A stretch of DNA of 64,000 nucleotides from positions 6,415-70,414 of the forward strand of contig JANWXI010000001.1 in assembly GCA_025057415.1 (NCBI GenBank), given 5' to 3'. A program made the translations under genes and the position numbers. The DNA comes from Chitinophagales bacterium (lineage in GTDB: Bacteria; Bacteroidota; Bacteroidia; Chitinophagales; LD1). Shown here piece by piece: positions 1 through 9,657 of this stretch; position 1 is the first letter of the stretch; the number at the start of each line of letters is the position of its first letter. Below the pieces are notes generated by a model that did no database searches, was not told the origin of the DNA, and was given only the letters and a program-made list of their open reading frames with translations.

Positions 1-1443
1 ACTGATGAGGAACTGAAAGAATACTTGAAAAAAAATCCTAAAGTGTTTGAGAAAAACGAGGAGGTGCGCAGGATACAATACGTGTCATTTGACATTGTGC
101 CCTCAGCAGCCGACAGCGCCCGCGTAATTCGCGAACTGGAAGAAAGACGCGCGGAGTTTGCCGCTAAAACCACGGCAGCAGAGGACTCGCTGTTTGTGAA
201 ACTTTATTCCGAAATTCCTTTTGATGATGTATTTTACACAAAGGATGCCATCGTTTCACCGGTGAAGGACTCGTTTTTTACCTTACCTGTACGTTCGCTC
301 ATCGGTCCTTACCTGGACGGCAACTCTTACAAAATCGCAAAAATATCGGACCGCAAGATGATTTCGGACTCGCTCAAAATACGCGAGATTAAAATTTCGT
401 TTTCAGGCGTGAAAACCCAGGAAGAGGCGAATGTGCGCATACAATTGGTGGACAGTATCTTTCGCGCCATTGATTCACTGAAAGCCGATTTTGCCGCCCT
501 GGCAGCCGCATACTCTGACGATGCGCTTTCAAAAGCTCAGGGCGGAGTGGTGGGATGGGTAAAACCCTCCGAGCGCGGTAAAGAATACAGCAATTTTCTC
601 TTTTACCGCGCCGTGAAGGGGAAGTACTACAAATACCCGAGCCAAACCGATAACGCCTGGTACATTGTGCAAATTCTGGAAGATAAACCCTCTAAACAGG
701 GTGTGCAGGTGGCGTACCTGAGCCGCAAAATACTGCCCAGCCAGGAAACGCAAAACACTATTTACGCCAAAGCGGCCGCCTTTGCTGCCGATAACCAGTC
801 GGGGCAGAAATTCACCGAAGCCGCTAAAAAATTAAATGTGCGCACAGCCGAACTTACCAAAGAATCATACACCGTCAACGGGCTGAAAAGCACGATGGCT
901 GTCATCAAGTGGGCATTTGGTGCCAAGCAAGGTGAAGTATCGCCTCCTATTTCTAACGTGGAGCGACACATTGTGGCCTATCTGGAAAGCATCACGCCCA
1001 AAGGGTTGCCCCCGGTAGATGCCGTAAAAGACCTGCTTGTGGCGCGCGTAACGCAGGAGAAAAAATACAGGATACTGGCAAAGAAAATCACCGATGCCGG
1101 CGCAAACAACATAGAAGCCCTCGCCAATAAACTGAACAAGAGCGCTATGGATGCCACGGCAGTTTCCTTTAACAGCGCCAACATTGGCGGCGCCTATGAA
1201 CCCAACGTGGCTGCCGTTGCCGTATCAACCCCCAAGGGCGCAATGAGTAGGCCCATACAGGGGAATATGGGCGTATATGTGGTTCAACCGGTTAATATCA
1301 ACGAACCACAAAAGATTACGGATTACAGTCCATTTGCCGTGACGCTGCAGAACACAGCATCGGGTAAATCGCGTCTAGCCACTGAGGCACTAAAAAAACT
1401 GGCAAACATAAAGGACGAACGGTTTGAGTTTTACAATAACTGA
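1..1443 (+). CDS. PpiD/SurA-like periplasmic peptidyl-prolyl isomerase/chaperone, C-terminal ~480 aa (5' end outside window)
   Basis: Frame 1 is open from nt 1 (TDEELKEYLKKNPK...), so the track start at 25 is not the true start. The middle region looks parvulin-like (IKISFSG...SKAQGGVVGWVKP...WYIVQILEDKP). Assignment is by family resemblance only. Confidence 0.55.
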   Translation, partial: TDEELKEYLKKNPKVFEKNEEVRRIQYVSFDIVPSAADSARVIRELEERRAEFAAKTTAAEDSLFVKLYSEIPFDDVFYTKDAIVSPVKDSFFTLPVRSLIGPYLDGNSYKIAKISDRKMISDSLKIREIKISFSGVKTQEEANVRIQLVDSIFRAIDSLKADFAALAAAYSDDALSKAQGGVVGWVKPSERGKEYSNFLFYRAVKGKYYKYPSQTDNAWYIVQILEDKPSKQGVQVAYLSRKILPSQETQNTIYAKAAAFAADNQSGQKFTEAAKKLNVRTAELTKESYTVNGLKSTMAVIKWAFGAKQGEVSPPISNVERHIVAYLESITPKGLPPVDAVKDLLVARVTQEKKYRILAKKITDAGANNIEALANKLNKSAMDATAVSFNSANIGGAYEPNVAAVAVSTPKGAMSRPIQGNMGVYVVQPVNINEPQKITDYSPFAVTLQNTASGKSRLATEALKKLANIKDERFEFYNN

Positions 1444-1477
1444 TTTTTCATAAAAAACGTTTACACTTGGTCTGACC

Positions 1478-2029
1478 TTGGTCAGACCTTGCTATTTTTA
1501 CGTTTTTAATGCGAACGGCGTGGAACCTACCCCCATCATCAATAAGGTTGCGCAAAAGTCCATCATCACACTGGACCTGGAGGAGCTAATTCCCCTACCA
1601 GATGAAGTGGCGCACATTGATTTGAAGCAGTTTCTTTATATGGAACTTATCTTGCGCGAGGCAGAATTTCGCCATGCCGTAAAACAAACCGACTGGAAAC
1701 AATACGAACACAAGTACGTCAATATTTACTGCTCTGCAAGCGCCGTTGTGCCGATGTGGGCATATATGGTCATCAGCGCTGAAGTATCGCAGTTTGCCAA
1801 AGATGTGGTGTGCACACCGCCTGAGCACGCAGCCGAGGTGATTATGTACCGCAACATTGCCCGCCTGGATGTGGAGCGCTTCCGCAACCAGCGGGTAGTG
1901 GTAAAAGGATGTGGCGAAAGACAAATTTCAGAAGCCGCTTACGTATATATAGCTCATTTGCTCGCGCCGGTAGTGCGCGCATTGTCGTTTGGAGAGCCAT
2001 GCTCTATGGTGCCTGTTTACAAAAAATAA
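1478..2029 (+). CDS. DUF2480-like conserved Bacteroidota protein
   Basis: 183-aa ORF whose longest start is TTG, with no in-frame ATG nearby. The sequence (LDLEELIP...IDLKQFL...WAYMVI...GEPCSMVPVYKK) resembles DUF2480 family members from memory. Start codon is uncertain. Confidence 0.5.
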   Translation: MVRPCYFYVFNANGVEPTPIINKVAQKSIITLDLEELIPLPDEVAHIDLKQFLYMELILREAEFRHAVKQTDWKQYEHKYVNIYCSASAVVPMWAYMVISAEVSQFAKDVVCTPPEHAAEVIMYRNIARLDVERFRNQRVVVKGCGERQISEAAYVYIAHLLAPVVRALSFGEPCSMVPVYKK

Positions 2030-2050
2030 ACCCGGATTACAACACTCCTC

Positions 2051-3010
2051 ATGTTGCGGAAAAAATCAGGACTGTTTGCTGCATTACTTTTAGCACTTGC
2101 TGCGGGTGTAACCTGCGCGGCAATTTTCTATCGCAGCGAAAGCACCGTGCACAACATCTTCAATACTTCTGTCAACGAGGCGCCGGGCATTGAATGGATA
2201 AACCCCGTGGACACCCAACCTCCGTATCGCCCGGTGAGTATTCGCGGAGAACTGTACTTTGCCGGGGAACGTGTACCGTTAGAGGACCCCGATGTGCGCG
2301 AACGCCTCGAACGCGAACTACAACTGAATATTTACTGGCACTCCAATACACTTATGGCCATGAAAAATGCCAACCGCTGGTTTCCCGAAATTGAGAAAAT
2401 ATTACGTGAGCAGGGCGTACCGACCGACTTCAAATACCTCGCTTTAATTGAGAGCGGTTTCCGCCATGAGGTATCTCCCGCAGGAGCCGTGGGGTTTTGG
2501 CAAATCATGCGCGAAACAGGCAAGGCATACGGCCTGCAGATAGACGGTGAGGTGGACGAGCGTTACCACAGCGAAAAGGCGTGCATTGCCGCCTGTAAAA
2601 TCCTCAAGAAAGCTTACGAAGAACTGGGTAATTGGACCATTGCTGCCGCTGCGTACAACCTCGGGCTGGCTAGTATGAAAGCGCGTTGTGCTGACCAAAA
2701 AACAAACAATTTTTACGAAATGTACTTCAACCCCGAAACTTCGCGTTACATATTCAGAATTTTAGCCATGAAAATAATTTTCAACTATCCCGAAAAAGCT
2801 GGTTTTCGCATCGAACCCGAAGACCTGTACCAACCTTACTCATACGAAGTGGTGTATGTTGATACAACCATCCCCAGCATTGCTGACTTTGCCGCGAATT
2901 ATGGCTTAAAGTATAAGCACATAAAACTCCTTAACCCATGGCTGCGCGATGCAAAACTCACCAATAAAGAGCGCAAAAAATATGCGATTCGCATCCTGAA
3001 AACATCCTAG
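2051..3010 (+). CDS. lytic murein transglycosylase (SLT domain), membrane anchored
   Basis: ATG start and an N-terminal hydrophobic anchor (LFAALLLALAAGV). SLT catalytic region ALIESGFRHEVSPAGAVGFWQIM...AAYNLG. Confidence 0.8.
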   Translation: MLRKKSGLFAALLLALAAGVTCAAIFYRSESTVHNIFNTSVNEAPGIEWINPVDTQPPYRPVSIRGELYFAGERVPLEDPDVRERLERELQLNIYWHSNTLMAMKNANRWFPEIEKILREQGVPTDFKYLALIESGFRHEVSPAGAVGFWQIMRETGKAYGLQIDGEVDERYHSEKACIAACKILKKAYEELGNWTIAAAAYNLGLASMKARCADQKTNNFYEMYFNPETSRYIFRILAMKIIFNYPEKAGFRIEPEDLYQPYSYEVVYVDTTIPSIADFAANYGLKYKHIKLLNPWLRDAKLTNKERKKYAIRILKTS

Positions 3011-3014
3011 CAGG

Positions 3015-3045
3015 TTTGTAAAACAATTCGGTTATATTACATTTG
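3015..3045 (+). promoter_or_regulatory. candidate Bacteroidota sigma-A promoter (TTTG-N19-TACATTTG) upstream of tRNA-Phe
   Basis: TTTG at 3015-3018 and TAnnTTTG-type -7 box TACATTTG at 3038-3045. An 8-bp inverted repeat TGCACCTT...AAGGTGCA follows in the ~85-nt leader. Confidence 0.3.
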
Positions 3046-3131
3046 CACCTTCGCTTTTTTGAACGTTCGGCAAAAGGTGCACGCTCACAGACCAATCGCT
3101 TTTTCTGTGGCTACACAGTAATGCCATTCCT

Positions 3132-3204
3132 GGTGCGGTAGCTCAGTTGGTAGAGCAAAGGACTGAAAATCCTTGTGTCGGGGGTTCGATTCCCCCCCAC
3201 ACCA
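3132..3204 (+). tRNA. tRNA-Phe (anticodon GAA)
   Basis: Hand-folded 73-nt cloverleaf: acceptor GGTGCGG/CCACACC, D arm GCTC-AGTTGGTA-GAGC, anticodon stem-loop AAGGA-CTGAAAA-TCCTT, T arm GGGGG-TTCGATT-CCCCC. No encoded CCA. One C5-A68 acceptor mismatch. Confidence 0.9.
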
Positions 3205-3219
3205 CAAGAAAACACTCCT

Positions 3220-3256
3220 CCGTCTGAGAACATCCTCTTCTCAGACGGATTTTTTT
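3220..3256 (+). terminator. rho-independent terminator after tRNA-Phe
   Basis: Stem CCGTCTGAGA / TCTCAGACGG with a 9-nt loop, followed by A then T7 (3250-3256). Confidence 0.7.
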
Positions 3257-3341
3257 GCCTTACGGGCTTGACATCACCGCCTCCTTTGCCATGCACAAGC
3301 AGCAAATCAGACCTTAATTACGCACTACTACAATTAGCCGA

Positions 3342-4277
3342 ATGGTGCACAAAGCTACCAACCCGCGATTGTGTATATTTGCCCCCCAATCATCACTCGT
3401 GCCCCGGCGCATAGTTACTACCGAAAACAAAAACCTGAAAAACAAATACAGGTTTGTGCTTCTCAACGATGAAACCTTCGAAGAGAAATTCTCACTCATT
3501 CTCACCCGTACCAACGCTTTACTCTTTGCCGGCATACTCGCTTTTACGCTCATTTTTCTGACGGCCGTTGCTATCATTTATACCCCACTCAAATACTTCA
3601 TCCCCGGCTTTGGTGATTACAACTACCGCAGCGAAATCATCCGCCTCCAGTCCGAAGCCGACTCACTCGAATCGCACCTCGAAGCCCGCGAACTTTGGCT
3701 CAATAACCTCTTAATGGTACTCTCCGACTCCATAAAACCGGCGCGCCATACATCCAAACCCCCTCCTGCCGAAATTGACATCTCTAAAATTGACCTGCTC
3801 GAAACCAACGCAGCCGATAAAGACCTTCGCAAAGAAATCGAAGCAGAAGAAAGTTTTTCCCTGAGTATAGTGCCCCCGCTGGGCAACCCTGCTGTTGAAG
3901 AAATAAAACTAATGCATCTGTTGCCGCCTGTACAGGGTTACATCACCGAAGAGTTTAATTCATCACGCGAACACCTCGGTATTGACATTGCCGTAAAACA
4001 AGGCGAACCTGTAAAAGCCACCTGCGACGGTAGCGTGGTAAATGCTACTTACTCTGTTACCGAAGGATACGTTATTGCCCTTCAGCACAAAAACAACCTG
4101 CTTTCTGTTTACAAACACAACGCCCGGTTGCTCAAAAAAACCGGAGATGCCGTAAAAGCAGGCGATGTAATCGGTTTTGCGGGTAATACCGGTGAAACCA
4201 GCACAGGTCCACACCTGCATTTTGAACTATGGCACGAGGGGCGTGCTTTGAACCCTCGCGATTATATCCTATTTTAG
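3342..4277 (+). CDS. M23 family metallopeptidase (LytM/peptidoglycan DD-endopeptidase type), membrane anchored
   Basis: TM segment LLFAGILAFTLIFLTAVAIIY. M23 motifs HLGIDIA ... GNTGETSTGPHLHFELW. A TATATTTG -7 box at 3374-3381 lies inside the longest ORF, so the true start may be GTG at 3399. Confidence 0.85.
   Translation: MVHKATNPRLCIFAPQSSLVPRRIVTTENKNLKNKYRFVLLNDETFEEKFSLILTRTNALLFAGILAFTLIFLTAVAIIYTPLKYFIPGFGDYNYRSEIIRLQSEADSLESHLEARELWLNNLLMVLSDSIKPARHTSKPPPAEIDISKIDLLETNAADKDLRKEIEAEESFSLSIVPPLGNPAVEEIKLMHLLPPVQGYITEEFNSSREHLGIDIAVKQGEPVKATCDGSVVNATYSVTEGYVIALQHKNNLLSVYKHNARLLKKTGDAVKAGDVIGFAGNTGETSTGPHLHFELWHEGRALNPRDYILF
3374..3381 (+). promoter_or_regulatory. candidate -7 box (TATATTTG) for the M23 peptidase-bactofilin genes
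   Basis: Matches the Bacteroidota TAnnTTTG consensus. It lies inside the ATG-extended ORF, which argues for a shorter CDS. Confidence 0.3.
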
Positions 4278-4305
4278 CGCAAACCCAACTAAAAACCCAC
4301 TCATA

Positions 4306-4719
4306 ATGTTTGGCAAAAAATCTGAAAAAACAACCGGCCCTAACCTGATGACCCAATTCAGCCAGGGCACCCTCGTAACCGGTGACGTAAGCACCGAAGG
4401 CGACATCCGCATCGATGGCAAAGTCAACGGCAATGTCACCTCCAAATCCAAAGTCGTCCTTGGGCAGAGCGGCTGCATCACCGGTGATGTGTGCTGCCAA
4501 AATGCTTACATTGACGGCCGCATCGATGGCAATTTAGAAGTAGCAGAACTTCTCATCCTCAGCTCCAACGCCGTGGTAGCGGGCGACATCCGCATCAAAA
4601 AATTAGTCGTGCAGGAAGGCGCCGTATTCTCCGGCCGTTGCATGATGGGCATGAGCGTCACCCACAATCAAAACACCGAAAAACACGTCACCGCCCAGCA
4701 ACAAACCGCCTCGGCTTAG
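4306..4719 (+). CDS. bactofilin family polymer-forming cytoskeletal protein
   Basis: Repetitive beta-helical bactofilin pattern (GTLVTGDVSTEGDIRIDGKVNGNVTSKSKVVLGQSGCITGDV...GRIDGNLEV...VVAGDIRIKKLVVQEGAVFSG). Sits directly after an M23 peptidase, as in csd1-ccmA type pairs. Confidence 0.85.
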   Translation: MFGKKSEKTTGPNLMTQFSQGTLVTGDVSTEGDIRIDGKVNGNVTSKSKVVLGQSGCITGDVCCQNAYIDGRIDGNLEVAELLILSSNAVVAGDIRIKKLVVQEGAVFSGRCMMGMSVTHNQNTEKHVTAQQQTASA

Positions 4720-4731
4720 CCCCCTACCGCC

Positions 4732-4941
4732 ATGAACCCCCGGCAACCCCGCTTCGCCAATGCCCTCAAATACTCCGGTCTGGGCTTCCAAATCATCGCC
4801 ACAGCGCTGCTGGGCTTCTTCATCGGCCACAAATGCGACCAATGGCTTGGTAACCACCAACCCTACCTAACCCTGCTCATCTCTGTGCTCTTCCTCGTAG
4901 CCGGTCTCTACCATGTCGTGAAAACCATATCAAAATCCTGA
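4732..4941 (+). CDS. AtpZ/AtpI-like small membrane protein
   Basis: 69 aa with two TM helices (YSGLGFQIIATALLGFFIGHKCDQWLG...LTLLISVLFLVAGLYHVV), typical of the AtpZ/AtpI family. Confidence 0.6.
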   Translation: MNPRQPRFANALKYSGLGFQIIATALLGFFIGHKCDQWLGNHQPYLTLLISVLFLVAGLYHVVKTISKS

Positions 4942-4944
4942 GAC

Positions 4945-5195
4945 GCCGCGCGCCGGCATAATTCCCTCGGGCGCCCCGCAATCCCTGGCTGATATACATT
5001 GCTGAGTTTTTGTTTTTGGGGGGTGCCCCCGCTGCCAAGCGCTGCAAGGCAGCGGGGTCGGGCTTGCTACGGGGTACGCAGCCGCTCCCGCCCCGCCCGC
5101 AATATCTTTAATTTTACATGGAGCGGGCGGGGCCGCTTCCCCCGCCCTTCTACGGCGGGCGGGGAGAAGCGCCCTCCGCATCCCTCACCCGGCTT
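4945..5195 (+). repeat. GC-rich multi-hairpin intergenic element, copy A (expanded variant)
   Basis: Core 5018-5192. It begins GGGGGTGCCCCCGCTGCCAAGCGCTGCAAGGCAGCGGGGTCGGGC and ends CCGCATCCCTCACCCGG, matching the reverse complement of copies B and C. The interior carries an 11-bp hairpin GCCCCGCCCGC...GCGGGCGGGGC. Confidence 0.8.
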
Positions 5196-5280
5196 GCGCT
5201 ACACCCCGCTACGCTCTCAAATGCAAAAAAACACCCCTAAAACTTGCTTTATAAAAACTCTTTATATATTCGTTTTTTAA

Positions 5281-6795
<1,515 letters not shown>

Positions 6796-6948
6796 CCTCG
6801 CCTGCCATTCCTTTCAGCCACATAATAGTACAACCCTTGCCGTTTTCCCTCAATAACCGGAAAGTAATTTCACCCTGCCTTTACATGCACTGTCTAATCC
6901 CGAGTTATGATATGGTAAATCAGATAAAACTAAGTAGCTAAGCTATTT

Positions 6949-7173
6949 TTACTCTGCGTCTTTTTTAGCTGCTTTTTTAGCTGCTTTTTTAGCAGGAGCT
7001 TTTTTAGTAGTTGTTGTTGGGGCTTTTTCTGTTTTGGGTTTGGTAGTTTTTGTCTTACGTGTAGTTTTAGCAGTTGCCTCTTGTTGTGATTTTTTTACCC
7101 TGCGGCGCCGTGAGTTACCGTAAGAACCTTTAAATATTTTTCCTCTGCGTGTACGTTTGTCGCCTTTTCCCAT
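6949..7173 (-). CDS. ribosomal protein bTHX with a long Lys/Ala/Thr-rich C-terminal tail
   Basis: The N-terminus MGKGDKRTRRGKIFKGSYGNSRRRRVKK closely matches the Thermus Thx peptide pattern (GKGDRRTRRGKIWRGTYGK...). The remaining ~46 aa are low-complexity K/A/T. Confidence 0.75.
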   Translation of the reverse strand: MGKGDKRTRRGKIFKGSYGNSRRRRVKKSQQEATAKTTRKTKTTKPKTEKAPTTTTKKAPAKKAAKKAAKKDAE

Positions 7174-7218
7174 AACGTTTGATTATTGAAACGAGGCACG
7201 AATGTAGAAAAACTTGCG

Positions 7219-8157
7219 TTACGTGCAACCGTCTTTCTCGGTAATGCTCTCGCGTGCGTAATAACCGGTACCATCGTATTCGCGCCGTCTGGGCGCCTGC
7301 ATACACTCATCTGAGCAACAACCGAGCATTTTCCATCCGCAATCTTCGCAAAGCACAAAATGTTCGTTGCAATCAGCATTCGCGCAATTTACCATGCGCG
7401 CGCTGGGCTTTTCACAAATCCGGCAGGTAGAAATAATAGTCGGATTTACCCTGTTAACATCCACCACTACCCGATTGTCAAATACATATAACTTGCCCTC
7501 AAAATCCTTACCCCCGGTTTCCTTGGCGTATTTTACAATGCCCCCCTCTACCTGATACACATGTTTAAACCCGTTTTGCAGTAAAAAACCGCTGGCTTTT
7601 TCACACTTGATGCCGCCGGTGCAGTACGTCACAATTTTTTTGTCTTTCAGATGCTCAAGGTTGCGCAGTTGTTGCGGAAATTCACGAAAGTTATCAATGT
7701 CTAAACAAACAGCGTTTTTAAAACGCCCGATGTTACTCTCATAGTTAGAGCGTACATCTAAAAATACCACATCATCCTGCGTAAGCATCTCCAGTACTTC
7801 GTGTGGTTTGAGGTGTACTCCGGTGGTGCGGTTGGGATCCACCTGGCGTATGCCGCGCAAGCTGCTGTGTACTATCTCGGGTTTCACCCGCACATACAAC
7901 CGCTCAAACGATGGTCTGTCTACCTCATCAATTTTGAAATCTATGCCGGCAAACATCGGCTGGCTTAGCACATGCTCCATGTACTTTTTACACTGCACAA
8001 CCGTACCCGATACCGTGCCGTTAAGGCCCTCACCGGCTACAATAATGCGTCCCACTATTCCGAGTCGTTCGCAAAACACCTTATGGTGCTGCGCAAATTC
8101 CTCCGGATTTGGAATAGTCGTGTACTTGTAGTAAAGAAGTGTTTGATAGGGTTTCAT
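7219..8157 (-). CDS. trhO: rhodanese-domain tRNA uridine(34) hydroxylase (UPF0176/YceA family)
   Basis: MKPYQTLLYYKYTTIPNPEEF...GRIIVAGEGLNGTVSG N-terminal region, rhodanese active-site loop YCTGGIKCEKA, and a Cys-rich C-terminus. The ATG at 8157 is preferred over the track start at 8181. Confidence 0.85.
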   Translation of the reverse strand: MKPYQTLLYYKYTTIPNPEEFAQHHKVFCERLGIVGRIIVAGEGLNGTVSGTVVQCKKYMEHVLSQPMFAGIDFKIDEVDRPSFERLYVRVKPEIVHSSLRGIRQVDPNRTTGVHLKPHEVLEMLTQDDVVFLDVRSNYESNIGRFKNAVCLDIDNFREFPQQLRNLEHLKDKKIVTYCTGGIKCEKASGFLLQNGFKHVYQVEGGIVKYAKETGGKDFEGKLYVFDNRVVVDVNRVNPTIISTCRICEKPSARMVNCANADCNEHFVLCEDCGWKMLGCCSDECMQAPRRREYDGTGYYARESITEKDGCT

Positions 8158-8276
8158 ATACCGGAACCCGTGCCGCGGCAAAGATACACATTACGCTCTG
8201 TAATTGTAAAACTGTGTTACACGATGGCTATCATCCCGTTAAGCCCGATTTACATTCAGCAGGCAAGATTTAGCGG

Positions 8277-9539
8277 TTATTTAAATCGCATGCTGAGCAA
8301 GGTGATGTCATCATCAAAATCCATATCCTGCTTGTAAGTAATTACGTGGTTGATGAGTTTGGTGTGGAGCTCTGTGATGGGGAGAGTTGCATGCTGCTGA
8401 ATGAAATCGATAATGCCTTTTATGTCAAACAGCTTTCCTTCATTGTTCATGGCTTCTGAAAGACCGTCCGTGTAATTTACGAGCAAATCGCCCGGATGCA
8501 GGTCTATCTCTCCGATGTTGATGTACGGCAGGTTGTCAAACATGCCCAATATAGTGCAACCTTTATCTAATAGTTGTGCCTCTCCGTTGCTGAACAGCAG
8601 TGAGGGATTATGACCTGCGTTGATATATTGCAGTTGTCGCGTTTTGAAATGATAGATGCCTACAAAAAGCGTAATGAATTTTTCTCCTTTGGTAATTTCA
8701 CATACTTTGGCATTCAGTACTTCAATAAAATTTTGCAAGGAGTAGCGCCGCGTGAGCAATATGCGCATATTGGCTTGAAAATTTGCCATGAGAATGGCTG
8801 CGGGAATACCCTTACCGGATATATCGCTGATACAAAAAGCAATCTCATCAGGGCTTATCTGAATAAAATCGTAATAATCGCCACCGATGTTTTTGTGCGG
8901 TTTGTAAAAAGCACCTACCTCAATGGCTTCGTTGTTGGGCAAATTGGTGGGCACTAATAGATTTTGCATATCGGCAGCCAGCTTAAGTTCCTTTTGCATC
9001 ATAAGCTGCTCTAACTGGTTTTTGAAAAGCTTTTTATTCTCGTTGGCAACTACTATTACATTGGTAATAGTTTGTATAAACTTGAGTTTTTCCTCTTTAG
9101 TGTCGCTGCTTTCAGCACCAAAAGACCCGATTAATGCATAGCCCACCGGTTCCTTTTTGTGCAACACCGGAATGATTAGTTCAAAATCTGCAAGCGTACT
9201 GTCTTGCAGCGAGGCAACAGGTGTAATGTAACTGAGATTGACGAGTTTAGCATTTACATCGTAGTTTACTACAGAGGCGGGTAACTCTCCGGGAGTAATA
9301 CACGCCCACAAATCGTCTTTGTCTTTGATAAACAGCGCTACTTTCTTTACGCCCAGTTGTGCATGCAGAATATTTTCATAAATGCGCGCCAATGCCGTGA
9401 TGGGCATATTGTTATTAACGGCTCGTGTAATTTCGAGCAGCGAATCAATTTGCTGTTGCTTAATGGCAAGGAGACGCTCCGTAAAACTCAAGCGCTTCTT
9501 GAAAAAATCAAGTTCTGAAAAAGGGTGCTGGCCTGACAT
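8277..9539 (-). CDS. GAF-like sensor + PP2C/SpoIIE family serine phosphatase
   Basis: PP2C/SpoIIE motifs GGDYYDFI, ISDISGKGIPAAILMANF, NAGHNP, YTDGLSEA. The ATG at 9539 (MSGQHPF...) is preferred over the extended start at 9635. Confidence 0.8.
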   Translation of the reverse strand: MSGQHPFSELDFFKKRLSFTERLLAIKQQQIDSLLEITRAVNNNMPITALARIYENILHAQLGVKKVALFIKDKDDLWACITPGELPASVVNYDVNAKLVNLSYITPVASLQDSTLADFELIIPVLHKKEPVGYALIGSFGAESSDTKEEKLKFIQTITNVIVVANENKKLFKNQLEQLMMQKELKLAADMQNLLVPTNLPNNEAIEVGAFYKPHKNIGGDYYDFIQISPDEIAFCISDISGKGIPAAILMANFQANMRILLTRRYSLQNFIEVLNAKVCEITKGEKFITLFVGIYHFKTRQLQYINAGHNPSLLFSNGEAQLLDKGCTILGMFDNLPYINIGEIDLHPGDLLVNYTDGLSEAMNNEGKLFDIKGIIDFIQQHATLPITELHTKLINHVITYKQDMDFDDDITLLSMRFK

Positions 9540-9657
9540 GACGCGACCGTACAAAGTAAGTAAATATACGTAAAAATGCCATCTGTTGGTACGAATCAAT
9601 AAGCGCGCCGGAACACACTGCTCCGGCAGCCACAAACCTGCCGGCAGGATTTATGAT

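Noticed and set aside
4930-5280. Small ORFs running through the GC-rich elements (4930..5181, 4999..5280, 27675..27941, 27370..27795, 56753..56965) as possible conserved peptides
   Set aside because: Copies B and C share a peptide-like string (RRGLGAGQPDPAALQRLAAGAPP) only because the DNA is near-identical. A 7-nt indel between B and C breaks the frame upstream. Copy A reads in a different frame. Substitutions preserve base pairing rather than codons.
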